Assembly: GCA_002633005.1 (NCBI GenBank)
Contig: NMRA01000001.1
Location: 4,081,101 to 4,145,100 of the forward strand
Direction: 5' to 3'
Origin: Phoronis australis
Taxonomy: Eukaryota > Animalia > Phoronida
Length of the DNA: 64,000 nt
Shown: piece by piece, positions 1 through 11,322 of the stretch
Layout of the letters: the number at the start of each line of letters is the position of its first letter
Position numbering within the stretch: position 1 is the stretch's first letter
Program-made: the position numbers and the translations under genes
Notes under the pieces: model-generated
Seen by the model: only the letters and a program-made list of their open reading frames with translations
What the model was told of the DNA's origin: nothing
Databases searched by the model: none

Positions 1-478
1 TCTACGAGGTTGCGTACTTGGCACATCAAATTATCTGAACTGGTTTCATTTCGTCATAAGTTTTTAGTAATACCAGCAAATTGAATTTCAGAACAAATCG
101 TGCTGCTGCGAAGTTGAGTCATCATCTTCCGAAAGATGTCGCAAAATTTTAGGATATGTCGCGTGCTCATATCACGAGTGCAACAGTCTTTTGTGTTACA
201 TTAGGCAAACAAATGACGTTCATTAGATTGTTTTTCACTCAAGCGGCTGCAACCTGCAAGGTGAGTGTTGATTGACTCCTAGCTCTACATGTTGATATAA
301 GTTTCACGACGAGGTGACGAGCAGAACTATACCCGGGCTGTGAGAAATTTCGGGGATGTAACTGAGCTCAATAACGCAGTGCTACCAAGCTTTATTTTGG
401 CGAGTCTTTACACAGCTAGCTGACCGGTTACGTAATCATAAGCAGTATCATACAGAGACATTGATAACTACATATTGT

Positions 479-648
479 CCGGCGGTCATGTTCAGTCCCC
501 GGCGGTCCTGTTTTCTGGTGGGGCGGTCATGTTTTTAGGTGCGTCAGTCCCATTTTCTGGTGCGATGGTCCCGTTTGATCTCCGGAGGTCCTGTTTTGGG
601 TGAGTCAGTCCGATTTAGAGGACCGGTGGTCATGTTGTTTCTCACCCG
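479..648. repeat. Degenerate ~20-21 bp minisatellite (core ggcggtc[ac]tgttt), about 8 units, probably the subterminal region of a DNA transposon relic
   Basis: ccggcggtcatgttc / ccggcggtcctgtttt / gggcggtcatgtttt / ccggaggtcctgtttt / ccggtggtcatgttg recur with ~21-nt spacing. Confidence 0.65.
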
Positions 649-993
649 TGAACACTGCTAAAGCTAAACCGCTGAAAACAAGGAACAATTAAATGAAAAA
701 AATACATACCGATAAGTTTGATATTCAATGTAAAGTCCAGTGGAAGAATGAAATAATTTTATGAAAGAAAAAACAAAAACAAAGTATTCGTTAATGCATT
801 TAATTTACTCAACTGTCAGGTATAAGATTTCGAAAAAATGGTGAGATGACAAAGACGAGAAACAACCGAAATGAGATCTTGAACATGGTCAGTAAAAGAT
901 TCCTTCTTCGGAATACCTAAAGCAGTTTTGTTTTATGCATATTAAGTAGGTGAATAATGACTGATTAAAACTTCATCTCTTACAACCACATAC

Positions 994-1141
994 TTCTTTG
1001 ACTTTCTTCTTCTTCTTTTCAGTCTGAGGTTTCTTTTTTGTCACTACAGACCGAGAGAACATCTCATCGAATTCGTCAACACAAAACTCTGGTTCACTTA
1101 TGGTCTCCCACAGTGACTTGACAGAAGTATTCTCATCTGAC
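994..1141 (-). CDS. FMN: Formin exon 7 in window: early FH2 (SDENTSVKSLWETISEPEFCVDEFDEMFSRSVVTKKKPQTEKKKKKVKE)
   Basis: Acceptor ccttccag|G, donor GAA|gtatgt; 148 nt; first nt completes GA|G from the previous exon; LWE...EF.EMFS is typical of the FH2 lasso region. Confidence 0.88.
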
Positions 1142-3509
1142 CTGGAAGGAATCATATGCTTGATGACAATGTTTTGCTTTTTAGTTTACAGTCACTGCTC
1201 TCTTATATGGCACTGACAAAAACAACAAATATATCACAGAGAAACTGGCATATCGTCAAATGAAAAATAAAAAATACAAACATGTGTCTAGAAGATACGC
1301 TGCACTACAGAATTTCACTTGTGTACTGGAATGTTAATTTAACCATTCCAGTCAAGATGTAAACTATATCACAGTGCGAAATTGAATCTACCAACACACA
1401 GACAGGTTTTTTTTCTGCTACAATTTGAGGACCATGCCTCGTGGGGGTATCTGGACTTGGTTCCCTTCGAGAGGCCTCTGTTGACAGTACATGCATGATG
1501 TACAGAACGCATGTTGTTTATCATGCACGTAATAAATGAAAACATCACAAACATCTGAGTACTACAACTTGAAAATGAAAAAACAGCATTACACATATCA
1601 CACAGAGCGTGGAATGGAAAACAACTACGTTAATCCAAACAAAACAATGATCTGGCACGAAAGTGAAAATATCCGCACAAATTTAGCCTCGACGATTTAG
1701 TCAAAATTAGAGACAGACATGTCTGCATGGTTATCGTTTGTATACTCAGGGTGGCTAAAACATAAAGGGTAGTAACGCTATCTGCCAACACAGTCAAGCT
1801 TAGGCAGAGTTTGCTGCGCAAAATTGAAGAAGTTTTGAATTGGGAAATCACAAAAAGAACCCTAGACATTATAATCCAGTGGTGAAACCCAGGATCTCAT
1901 AATGTACACAGCTGACCTCGTCCTAGCCTATATTGGGCTATGTTCTCAGTGATAATTACTGTGTGCAAATTAAGACTAGTATAGGCCAATGTGAGTTTTA
2001 AGGATATTCTGTACAGAAACGTGAAATTAATAAGCAAATGCACAAACTATACACAACACTGACCCTCTTAACTTTTGAAAACCGCTTTTGCCCACTTGTT
2101 TTTTTTTTCTTACCGGGAACGGGTTGATAACTTTTTATCTAAGCTTTGAACTTGAAGTACCAAAACAGTCGTAGATTTTGATCGCCAGCTAAACTTAATT
2201 AGTTAAGTTCATTGTGAGCCCATCCCTAAAATTACCACATTACAGGTACACTAAACATTTCACATGACGGTGTCATTAAAGTTTAATCTTTACCAGAACT
2301 CAAATCATAAAATATATACAAAAGTGCAAATACGATGATAACCAAACTGAAGATTTGGAATCTCTGGACAATTTCGGTGGCACTGACAATTATATAACTA
2401 TTCTAGCTCTTTGTCAGTAATAAAAAATGAAAAGTGGGCACAACAGCTGTTTCTTGGTCAAAAATCTGGTCAAACGAGATTGAAAGAATATTAAAAAATG
2501 AATCCATGGGATATTGTTAATTCTGATCTGCATTTGTATATCCACCGAGTATATCAATATGCGCGGTAGTTTATCTTCAATCGTACCCAATGCTTGTAGT
2601 TTTTAGATTTTTAGTTCATTGACTTTTAAAAATCGAAAACCGTACTTGGTTGGGTTTTTTTCCAGCTGAATACCACCATGATGTTCGTTAATAACCAAAA
2701 CTAGTCGTTAATGCATTTTGAAAATTCGCCATTATGTACAGTCAGAGATGTCTAATACAGTTTATGGTCGCATAATTATATTTAATTGGGTCTTGCTCGC
2801 ATCGAGCAATGCAGTCATCACAACTGTGACTGATTCCGGCGCCGCGCTCTCTTTGATCCTGCGACGAGCCGCTCAGATGGACGAGCAGTGAAACTTCCTT
2901 GTATTCACGGTATGCGCAACTTCCCATAGGAAGGATGACCCCATTACAGTGTATTGGTCATCTAGGTTTGTCACGCGGTGCATCTTTTTAAGATATCACG
3001 AGATTTGTTTATAATTGATTTGATCCGCATTGTAACAGTAGTTAATAGCATTAATTTTCCACGTGATTTAAATTGCCCGTCATGATGGACGACTTATACC
3101 CAACCACCATAGTGTGAAATTCATCTTGCGCTGACTATGGGTCATTTTGTCTATTTCTGTTTGGCTTGTACCATACCTTACTGTTAGACTAAAATGCTGT
3201 TGGGGTGCTTTTGGGCAATGAAGCTCGGCTGCGGGAGTTTGGAATGCAAGTTGGCCAAAATCTCAACTCTTAATTCCAAATTTCAGGTCGCATATGCTAC
3301 CTGCAGCTCCTTGAGTCAACCCATGTAATGTTGCGGATCATGACCAAGTTTCATCACTTGTAGATGGTGTTTTCAAATCTTTTTTACATAAACCAAACAT
3401 GATGTAACAAGTACACTCTAACACTAGATTAAAAAATTATGAATCACAACTTTGGAACATTCTAAAAATAACAAAAAAAAAACAATGTGAGGAAACATAA
3501 ATATCATAC

Positions 3510-3618
3510 TCATTCGGACTTTCCGGGAGGGACAAGGGGGCAGATGGTGACAGCTGGATTCTCTTCCAAAACAGTGGCTTCATGGGTGACTTGGTCACTA
3601 CAGGGGGTTTTCTTGGCC
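3510..3618 (-). CDS. FMN: Formin exon 6: FH2 start (PRKPPVVTKSPMKPLFWKRIQLSPSAPLSLPESPN)
   Basis: Acceptor ttcgtag|GG, donor AATGA|gtatga; 109 nt, phase 1 to 2; MKPLFWxRIQL is the FMN-type FH2 start motif. Missed by the ORF track. Confidence 0.9.
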
Positions 3619-4102
3619 CTACGAAGAATATAATTGGTGTTGAAATGCAGACTGTGCACGATACTTCTTTCCCAAATATATTACCTTGGTGTGTTATAAT
3701 GGATCACTTAGAAACATATTTTTGACCCACTTTAGTTAAAAACACTTTCTGTAATTCTTGAGGTACTCGGGCTACCTTGAATCTCGAAATGGTGTTATCA
3801 GCCAATCACGATTTCGCTCTTGCATGGCTTATTTAAACACTAGTTTTTCAGTCTTCAAAAGACTTACCAAAAAAAAAAAAGTCATGTTGTTTTAACAATA
3901 TTTTCAAAGACAAACACGGCAAGTAATCAATGGAACTTGACAATTCATTGAAAAGCCAACTTCCAAATGAAATGTCAGAAAATCTTTCAACATATTCTTA
4001 GATGCCTGCTGTAAAAGCAGGAATTTAAAATCCTAAAATTTGTAGTACATGATTCTCTCAAAAGAGTAGCCCATGATCTAAATGCGTGCATAAGATACTA
4101 AC

Positions 4103-4583
4103 CGTTCTTTGGCTTGCCTAGTAGCCCTCCAACGGGAATGCCTGGAGGGGGAGGGGGCAGGCCAGGAACTGGGGGAGGTCCAGGAGGAATGCTGCCAGGT
4201 ACTGGAGATTGAAATGGAGGGCAACCCGGGGGAGGTGGAGGGGCAGGTGGGGCACCTTCCTGGGATGGTGGCGTAAACACATTATCAGGAGAGGGCATAG
4301 CTGGAGGAGAGACTGGTCTTAAGTTAACATCTTCAGAAATGCAATCAGTTGGTTCGAGAGATCCAATTTCTGTTGAAGCATCCACCCTTGAATTCAAAGA
4401 TTGCATCCACTCCTTCAGCAGTGGAATGGGAATTGCATCTGTACCAACATCTTGTGTTGTCTGGAAGGGTTTTGCTGTACATTCGTGCAGTTTCAGTTCA
4501 AGTTCACGAATTCTGTTCTCCAGTGCTTTGATTTGGCCATGATAATCTCCCCTGAGCGCCAACAAAGAAAGGTCATGGTCATG
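4103..4583 (-). CDS. FMN: Formin exon 5: coiled coil plus proline-rich FH1
   Basis: Acceptor tttttag|CAT, donor AACG|gttagt; 481 nt; IKALENRIRELELKL heptads then PPAPPPPPG...PPGPPPVPGLPPPPPG (ORF 4098..4565). Confidence 0.9.
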
Positions 4584-5688
4584 CTAAAAATAGAATATAC
4601 ACTCTTGTCTCAAGAGTAAATGACTGGAAGTTCATAATGAAAAGGAAATGAATATAGTCCTTGATCCACATTCCTAATGAGCATGCCAAAAAACACAAAA
4701 AGTCAGAGTTCTGGATAAATGGAAGTAATTTTTATTGTGTGTTCGGGTGCATCCACCCTGTGAGATGAGTATACTGCGGATATCACTGATCGTCTAGTCA
4801 AGATACAGCCGTATCATTATCAGTTTGACAGCGATAGCACGGGGAGAAAGTTGGCAAACCAGTGTTTACATAGTCCAGCGCTCTCGTTGTCTGCATTCAT
4901 CTCAAAGCTCACGTAATCTAGCAATTATGTTATAAATAGTGCACCTGAAGCTAACCGATATTTAAATATAATATTTGCAAATGAAGTTCAACAAATGTCG
5001 TGAAGAAGATGTGTTTTGTATGAAATACTATCACCAAAAAAACTTCAAACCAACGGTTAACTTTCAGAGACATTAGACTTAATTTCACTTCTTTTGTGGG
5101 ACTGTAAGCTGTGACTCGCTTACAAAGTACTAATTTCCAAAACAAAACCAATAATCGTCAGTTAATGACACATTTCATGTACATTATTGCTAAAATATGA
5201 GCTGATAAGAGTTATAGGGCAAAAATTTAATTATTTCAAAATAGTGAAGCAAGACTGGAAGGCTAAATTCCTGATATTAGCATTTAAGTTGTATTTTATA
5301 AACCAGACCCAAGGACTGCAGTCAGCCATTATCAACCTTGGAAATAGATAATTTAGTAAGTTTATTGACAATACATTTGTTACCTTTTGATGTTTATCAC
5401 TATCACTAATTGTGAATTCATATTGAAACAGTCAGTGCACGACCAAATGTAAACAGGATTTATTCAATACACAAGTCCATGATTTGGATATGCGGTTTTT
5501 GCAACAATGCGCACTCACTGTCAAGGTAGAGAACAAGTAAGGTAGAGTAAACAAATCAGTTTTTACATGGTACTCTATGAGGACACAACAACAGTTTGCT
5601 GATGCAGTTCACTGTATTTTGAACAGATTCAAGTCATTATGCGCATTGTTCAAGTTTGACTGCCTAGGTCTAGTCTACATATTTTTAC

Positions 5689-5750
5689 CTTTAAATCTTC
5701 AACTTGTTGTTTGTGCTCTTTCTTCAGTGAGGACACAAGCGTTTGACAAT
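5689..5750 (-). CDS. FMN: Formin exon 4 ((D)CQTLVSSLKKEHKQQVEDLK)
   Basis: Acceptor ttttctgttaaag|AT, donor AAG|gtaaaa; 62 nt, phase 1 to 0, bridging exons 3 and 5; helical, charged sequence continuing into the coiled coil. Confidence 0.78.
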
Positions 5751-7683
5751 CTTTAACAGAAAAAAAAACATTAACACTTCCAATTGGGATTTGTAATGGA
5801 TGAGAAGTTTTCATTCCCTAGCCACAAGAATTTTAAACCTTACGCACAAGCTGATTGAGACCAGAGAAAATTTGTATGCTCTCTCTCTCCTGATGGTTGT
5901 CCATTAATTTGCAGGACGAGTCCACTCAAGATCATTTTTACACCAACATGACTGTAAAAAACTAGGAAAGAAATATTCGCTATGCCAAAAATAGTGAGTG
6001 AAGTGTTTTTTATTTACTTCGTCATCACTTAATAAAGCTAGATTTATCCGTGTTTAACTGAACATTAGGCAACTCTTACGCCAACAGGATTTGCAGACAA
6101 GTGGACGAGAAAGCATTCACTGTTCACCCTAGAGAATCCAGCAAATTCCTTGGCACATCAAAAGTGCCGCCACACAGACTTACCAGAGAACAAGTTACTC
6201 CTTGAACGAGTTGTCGCAAGGTTTGACTGCTGTGTGCAACTAGTGCCACTTACCCCACTTAATTGTGACAACTCACTCTAATCACTGTGGGGCCAAAACC
6301 TGGGGCAAGGCAGAATTAGCTGCTGCGGTTACATTAGACGGCTGTCATCTTTTGTGTGCAGTATTCGAATCAGCTGTTCATTGTCACACATAGAGCGACA
6401 ACTCCTGTCTTACCCCAGTTACTAGACATGTGTTTGTAGACCCTCCCCTTAAAAAGAGGTATAGGCTTGATGGAGCTGCCACTAGTTGAAGTGAGCTAGC
6501 TTTTGGCTGAATGGGTATTGGATGAGATAATTGCAGTCGTAAACCAACGGTGCCTGTTTAGCGTATGAGTTTCAAAGTCAAAAAATGAACAATAAGTAAG
6601 GCAAACGACCAAAAAGACTGGTTTTAAAATCAAAAAGAAAATATTAACTGTCCTAGAATTTTTAAAATCAATGCATTATAAGGGAAATTAGAAAATATAT
6701 TTTCTTCAGCAGAGCCACTAAAGGCCCAATCATACTAACGTCGAGTCGTCAACGTTTTGGGGAGTTGCCGTCAGTATGAACGGTTAACTCGGTCCTGGAT
6801 TGAAGTTAAAAAGCGTCAGTTGATTTCGCAGGTAGATTTAACAGCGAAGCATAAATGCTGCGGGGCAATATGAATGGCCAACTTCGGTCCCATCAAAGTT
6901 ATTGCCAGGGGCCACTGTTATCGTCAACAATTAAAGAGCAGTGTCGTCACTAACAGCTGTTTATATTTTGCTCAAATAATCACTAATCAAACTGGAAATA
7001 AATCTTATGTCAATTAGCACAATGTAAATGTTCCTAAATTGTCACATTATAAAATCTTAGCATGCACGTGATGCATCAGCGCCACCTTGTGATTACTTTG
7101 ATGACAACAACCTCACCTACTGTTTACTTCAATGTCCGTTAACTACCAAAAAGCTGGTATGAACGATTCAGCTAACTTCGCAGTTTATGTCGACGCTTCG
7201 CTCAGACCGGAGTTAAGTCAGTACATGCATTTATTTGTGAATCAATTACAACGAGTTAGTCCCAGTCTAGGTTAAGCTCGGTTAGGCGTTTAGATAACAA
7301 AATCTCAAACCTTAGCATAGGAGTTGCCTCATGTTAAACCAAAAATTAAAGAAGGCCTTTCACTCTTATAAGATCAGTCTTAAAGATTTCCTTACTATGA
7401 TACGAATCATTTTCTGTAAAATTATCAAGAACAATAAAAACTGACAACAGGTCAAGTAACGCACCACACAATCATCGATTTTATTGGGGTTGTCTTGAAC
7501 CCTGAAATTCAAAAATGGCACGAGGAATTCATTGAAAAATAGGCCAGTCACATAACACAACAACGACCATTTTCCGAGAGCAGATCGCACATCATTTGTT
7601 GGATTTGGCTCTTCACTTAAGAACACGAAATATGTTTAACCAGACAGCTAAACAGTGGGCAAAATGCAACTCAAATGGTATAC

Positions 7684-7798
7684 CTGTGAGAACATCGGTA
7701 GGAGAGAACGGCTCGTTTCCACTTGCATCATCGGAAGGGGGCCAGCTCATCAATGGAGAAACGTGGTCACAACGTGACCAGTGGTAGACTGCATCCAG
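7684..7798 (-). CDS. FMN: Formin exon 3 (LDAVYHWSRCDHVSPLMSWPPSDDASGNEPFSPTDVLT)
   Basis: Acceptor ttgaacag|CTG, donor ACAG|gtatac; 115 nt, phase 0 to 1; completes the DEP-like motif (..FK|LDAVYHW). Confidence 0.8.
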
Positions 7799-9531
7799 CT
7801 GTTCAAATAAACATGCAAGTAAATCAAATGTTAAAATGTTAAAATAAAATATAACCATAGTTTGTAATAAAATAACAGGCCCGTAAACTGACAGGAGCTT
7901 GGACTTTCTTCAGTTATAACAGACAATTTTTTTTGTCAAATGAGTCTTAGGGCAGTAGGGGAACTTCCGAATTACCAAGAGAAATGGTTTTAGAAGGAGC
8001 CACGGAGACCGAAATGAACAAATTCGGCCTTATGGATCAATTTTGATTGGCAGTTACGCTTAGACTCAGTTATTCTCAAGTGTGTTAAGCTTTCAATAGA
8101 GATACGTCACAATCCAAGCAACTACTCTAAATTGGAGACAACTAATAAGGCGGTGGCCTAACTTTCCTTAAACTAATATATTTTTTCAAACTCACCGCAA
8201 AATTGAACAAAAGTAAAAAATACTTTTTTTCACACCATCCAATCATCTTAAAACAAGTACAACGTTAAATGCTGTAATGCACCCATGGTTGCACCACAAA
8301 CAGTATGTTGTGGCATTAATTAGTATTATAAAAATGGCCCTTAGATAGTGCTGAATACGTCAAATCAGCCAAAAAGTTTGATGGTGTCATAGTTGCTAAA
8401 CTTCATGAATATCTTCCATTAAGAATGCCAAAGTTACAGACTGAGAGGTAAATGCAAACAAAAAAAATTGCCATTAGAAAGCACAGGGGTTGTTGGATGC
8501 GCCCATACACTGTTCAATTAATTACAATACACTTGCCAAATTTCCAAATTTCTTGCAAGAGGTTTAGTAGATACAGCTGCATAATGCTAGGCACCACAGT
8601 TGTTGGACCAGTCTGAAAATCTACACCAGTAGTGCTCTTGTCATTCAGACATCTTGAAAAACTTGTGCAATTTGACCATGATTGTACTCATCCAGATTAA
8701 TTTCCAAGGCCCTTCAATTCAAAAATCAAGGGGTGGGTGATTAGAATTGAACACATGAGAGCTTTTTCCCATTCATACATGTTACCAGACTATGCCAGTT
8801 CTGAACGTCTGATAACCTATGGTTCCTTTGTTAACTGCTGAGTGCTTCTTTCGTCTGGTATGACAACATGCAGGCCAATACGACCCTCCCACATTACACG
8901 GCGGCAGAACTCTCCTTTGTCCCAGAGATAAGAGAGCGTGTGACCTCGAATGGCAAGGTGCCTCACTAACAGAGGTTGTTGGTCAAAGGCAAGCATGTTG
9001 CAAATGTTTTAGGAGCTAAACTTACTACGAGATGGAAAGCACCTTTAAGGACTGAGAATCTCAATCGTTGACACTGTGGTGAATTTTAAGCTAAGCATTG
9101 GGCATTTAAAAGTCAAAATTTGGGAATTTCAGAGGTGGGCATTAAGGCGAACATAGGCGAGTATATAAGGGGACGCCTGCTTGCAATTTTTTGTCTACTG
9201 TAATGTCCTAATCAAAAAAGGTTTGATGAATATTTTCATTGACCTTTTCTGCTAGTACAACAGATCTGTAGAAAATGTGGAATTCACAATAGTAATTACA
9301 ATTTATTTTAATTACAACAGTGACTTGAATATAACACAGGTAATATTATTACTGACTTTAGTTACTGTTCTTACTGCCATGTCCATCAGATATTGTACAA
9401 TTTGAAACCTGACATGAGACCAGACTGCTGTCAAAATCTAGGAAGTAAAGTGCAGATGGAATGCCATGTTGTGGTTGTGAATACCATATCCTAGTATCCA
9501 AACCAAATGGGAGGCAAAAATAGACTGTTAC

Positions 9532-9695
9532 CTTAAACATAGAACTGTCAGTTCTGTCTGGTTGTAGTACTCCCCCTGACCGCAGGTGTGAGCATATCTG
9601 TGCAGCAACTATTCTCAGGTCATCTTCACTTAAAAGGCCATGAAGACGGTGTTGATCGCCAAAGGCTGAGCAAAGCCAAGAAACTAAAGATTCAC
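9532..9695 (-). CDS. FMN: Formin exon 2: DEP-like domain core (GESLVSWLCSAF...IVAAQICSHLRSGGVLQP...SSMFK)
   Basis: Acceptor ttggcag|GT, donor AAG|gtaaca; 164 nt, phase 1 to 0; joined to the previous exon it gives F-T-G-x-x-L-V-x-W-L, the DEP signature. Confidence 0.85.
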
Positions 9696-10384
9696 CTGCC
9701 AACAACACATTTGTAGTTGAAAAGCAAATATTAATTTAATAATTCAAAATTTTGATATCCTTGAAGGTATATCTACTAAAGAGACAAGCAGGTCCTCTGA
9801 GCTATGTACTCAGTAGACCCAAGATGTAAGCGTAGTACATAATCCTCGCCTAATAGAAACAGTTAATTTTACCATAATTTATGAATTCTATCCCACAATC
9901 CAACATTCCAACCTCATCAACCAATCACATCAGTGGCTGTCATTTTGCAAGGTACTCTAGTACTAAAGATCCAGAGTATACTGACAAAACATTTGCCTTT
10001 CACTTGCGTCATTTTGTGTGATCTCACTTTTCTCACAAGAAACTTCTTCCAAGATATGTTCCCCAGTTCAAACTCTTAAAGCCACTATCTTCACAAAAGT
10101 AGCTTCAGAAAAACGTTTGGCTCAAGAATGGAGTCTGAAGCTCCAGTGTTCACTGCCACCAATGAGTGTTCATGTCAAAGCAAAACGAAACAATTTACTT
10201 CAGGACCTGCATGAGTCAACAATCGTTTACAAAAGAGCAATGCAAAGCAATTAAATGCACTCACGACTGCACACAGGGTTATTCTTCTAAGCAGGGGTGT
10301 TTATTAGTAACATACAAAATACAATTAGTTTTATTTGTCCTCTATGATACCCAAGCTGAAAATCAGCAAATGCAAGGAAATTGA

Positions 10385-10510
10385 AAATTAACACTTGTCT
10401 AGGAGACGCTACGATAGAACAGTGTGAAAATTAACACTAGGGGACGCTAGGATACAACAGTGTGAAAATCAACACTAGGAGACCCTACGATAGAACAGTG
10501 TAAAAATCAA
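10385..10510. repeat. Tandem repeat, ~38-43 bp x 3
   Basis: aaaatt/caacac..taggagacgctacgatagaacagtgtg repeated three times with a few substitutions. Confidence 0.85.
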
Positions 10511-11004
10511 TGTCCACCATAGTCTTCTGAATAAGAACACATCTATCTAGGATGATTCTTCAAGCCCTGTGCGAATGAGAAGGCAGACGTTCACCAACAA
10601 GCACTAAGATAACAACTAGAACAACACAAAACATTGTTAAGCGCCTACAAAGCACAGCAAACGGTACGTTTCTAGGGATGCTTTACGTAAGACTAATACA
10701 AGGGAGACAGCAATTTGAAAACACTAAGTAGCCACAATAGTCAAAATTGTCAAAAAGTCTTGGTACCTCACCTTTTAAACTAAAACAAAATCAAAGAGCA
10801 AAATAAAGTTTTCAACATTAACAACAAATAAATAAAACATGCTCAAAAGGGGTACAGTACAGCCACAAAACGACATAACGGCCAAAGCACAAGTCAGTTA
10901 CATTAACAATTTAATGAGGGCAGACTTTAATTTAATTTAATTTCTTTAACAATTATTTCAGCTTTAAGGTTATTCCAAACCTTATTCAGTTAGCTCCATT
11001 CTTT

Positions 11005-11084
11005 TTTATTTCTATTATTTATTAATGTAATATTTACAATGAGGGTAGCCCCATCAGTTCACACAGCTTTCCATGGAGGCCCTC
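11005..11084 (-). mobile_element. Possible 3' tail of a non-LTR retrotransposon (L2/Crack-like stem-loop plus A-rich tail)
   Basis: Minus strand gagggcctccat...atggggctaccctc folds as a stem-loop and is followed by an aataaataatagaaataaaaaa tail; family assignment is from recalled resemblance only. Confidence 0.4.
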
Positions 11085-11322
11085 TGACTCGTATATTATA
11101 AAAACTAGGCTTTTTCAATTGATAAATGTACATACATTTTCTGAAAGAAAACGATCAGGGAGAACAAAAATATATTTAGTATTAATGTGGGCTGCAGTCT
11201 ACATATCTCAGATTGGGGCTTCAACATTACTATGGACTGCCCAATGTACTCTAGTCAGTTGAGCACTGCCAAGTGGATGGTGAAGATTACACCATGAAAA
11301 ACTGTTAGTGATAATGTATTAC

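Noticed and set aside
1305-1596. Short ORFs as an extra formin exon
   Set aside because: No acceptor/donor pair matching the phase-2 intron between 3510 and 1141, and no FH2 similarity.
5844-5951. Candidate formin exon with ttacag acceptor and gtaagg donor
   Set aside because: In-frame stops from the good acceptor; exons 3 and 4 already join in phase without it.
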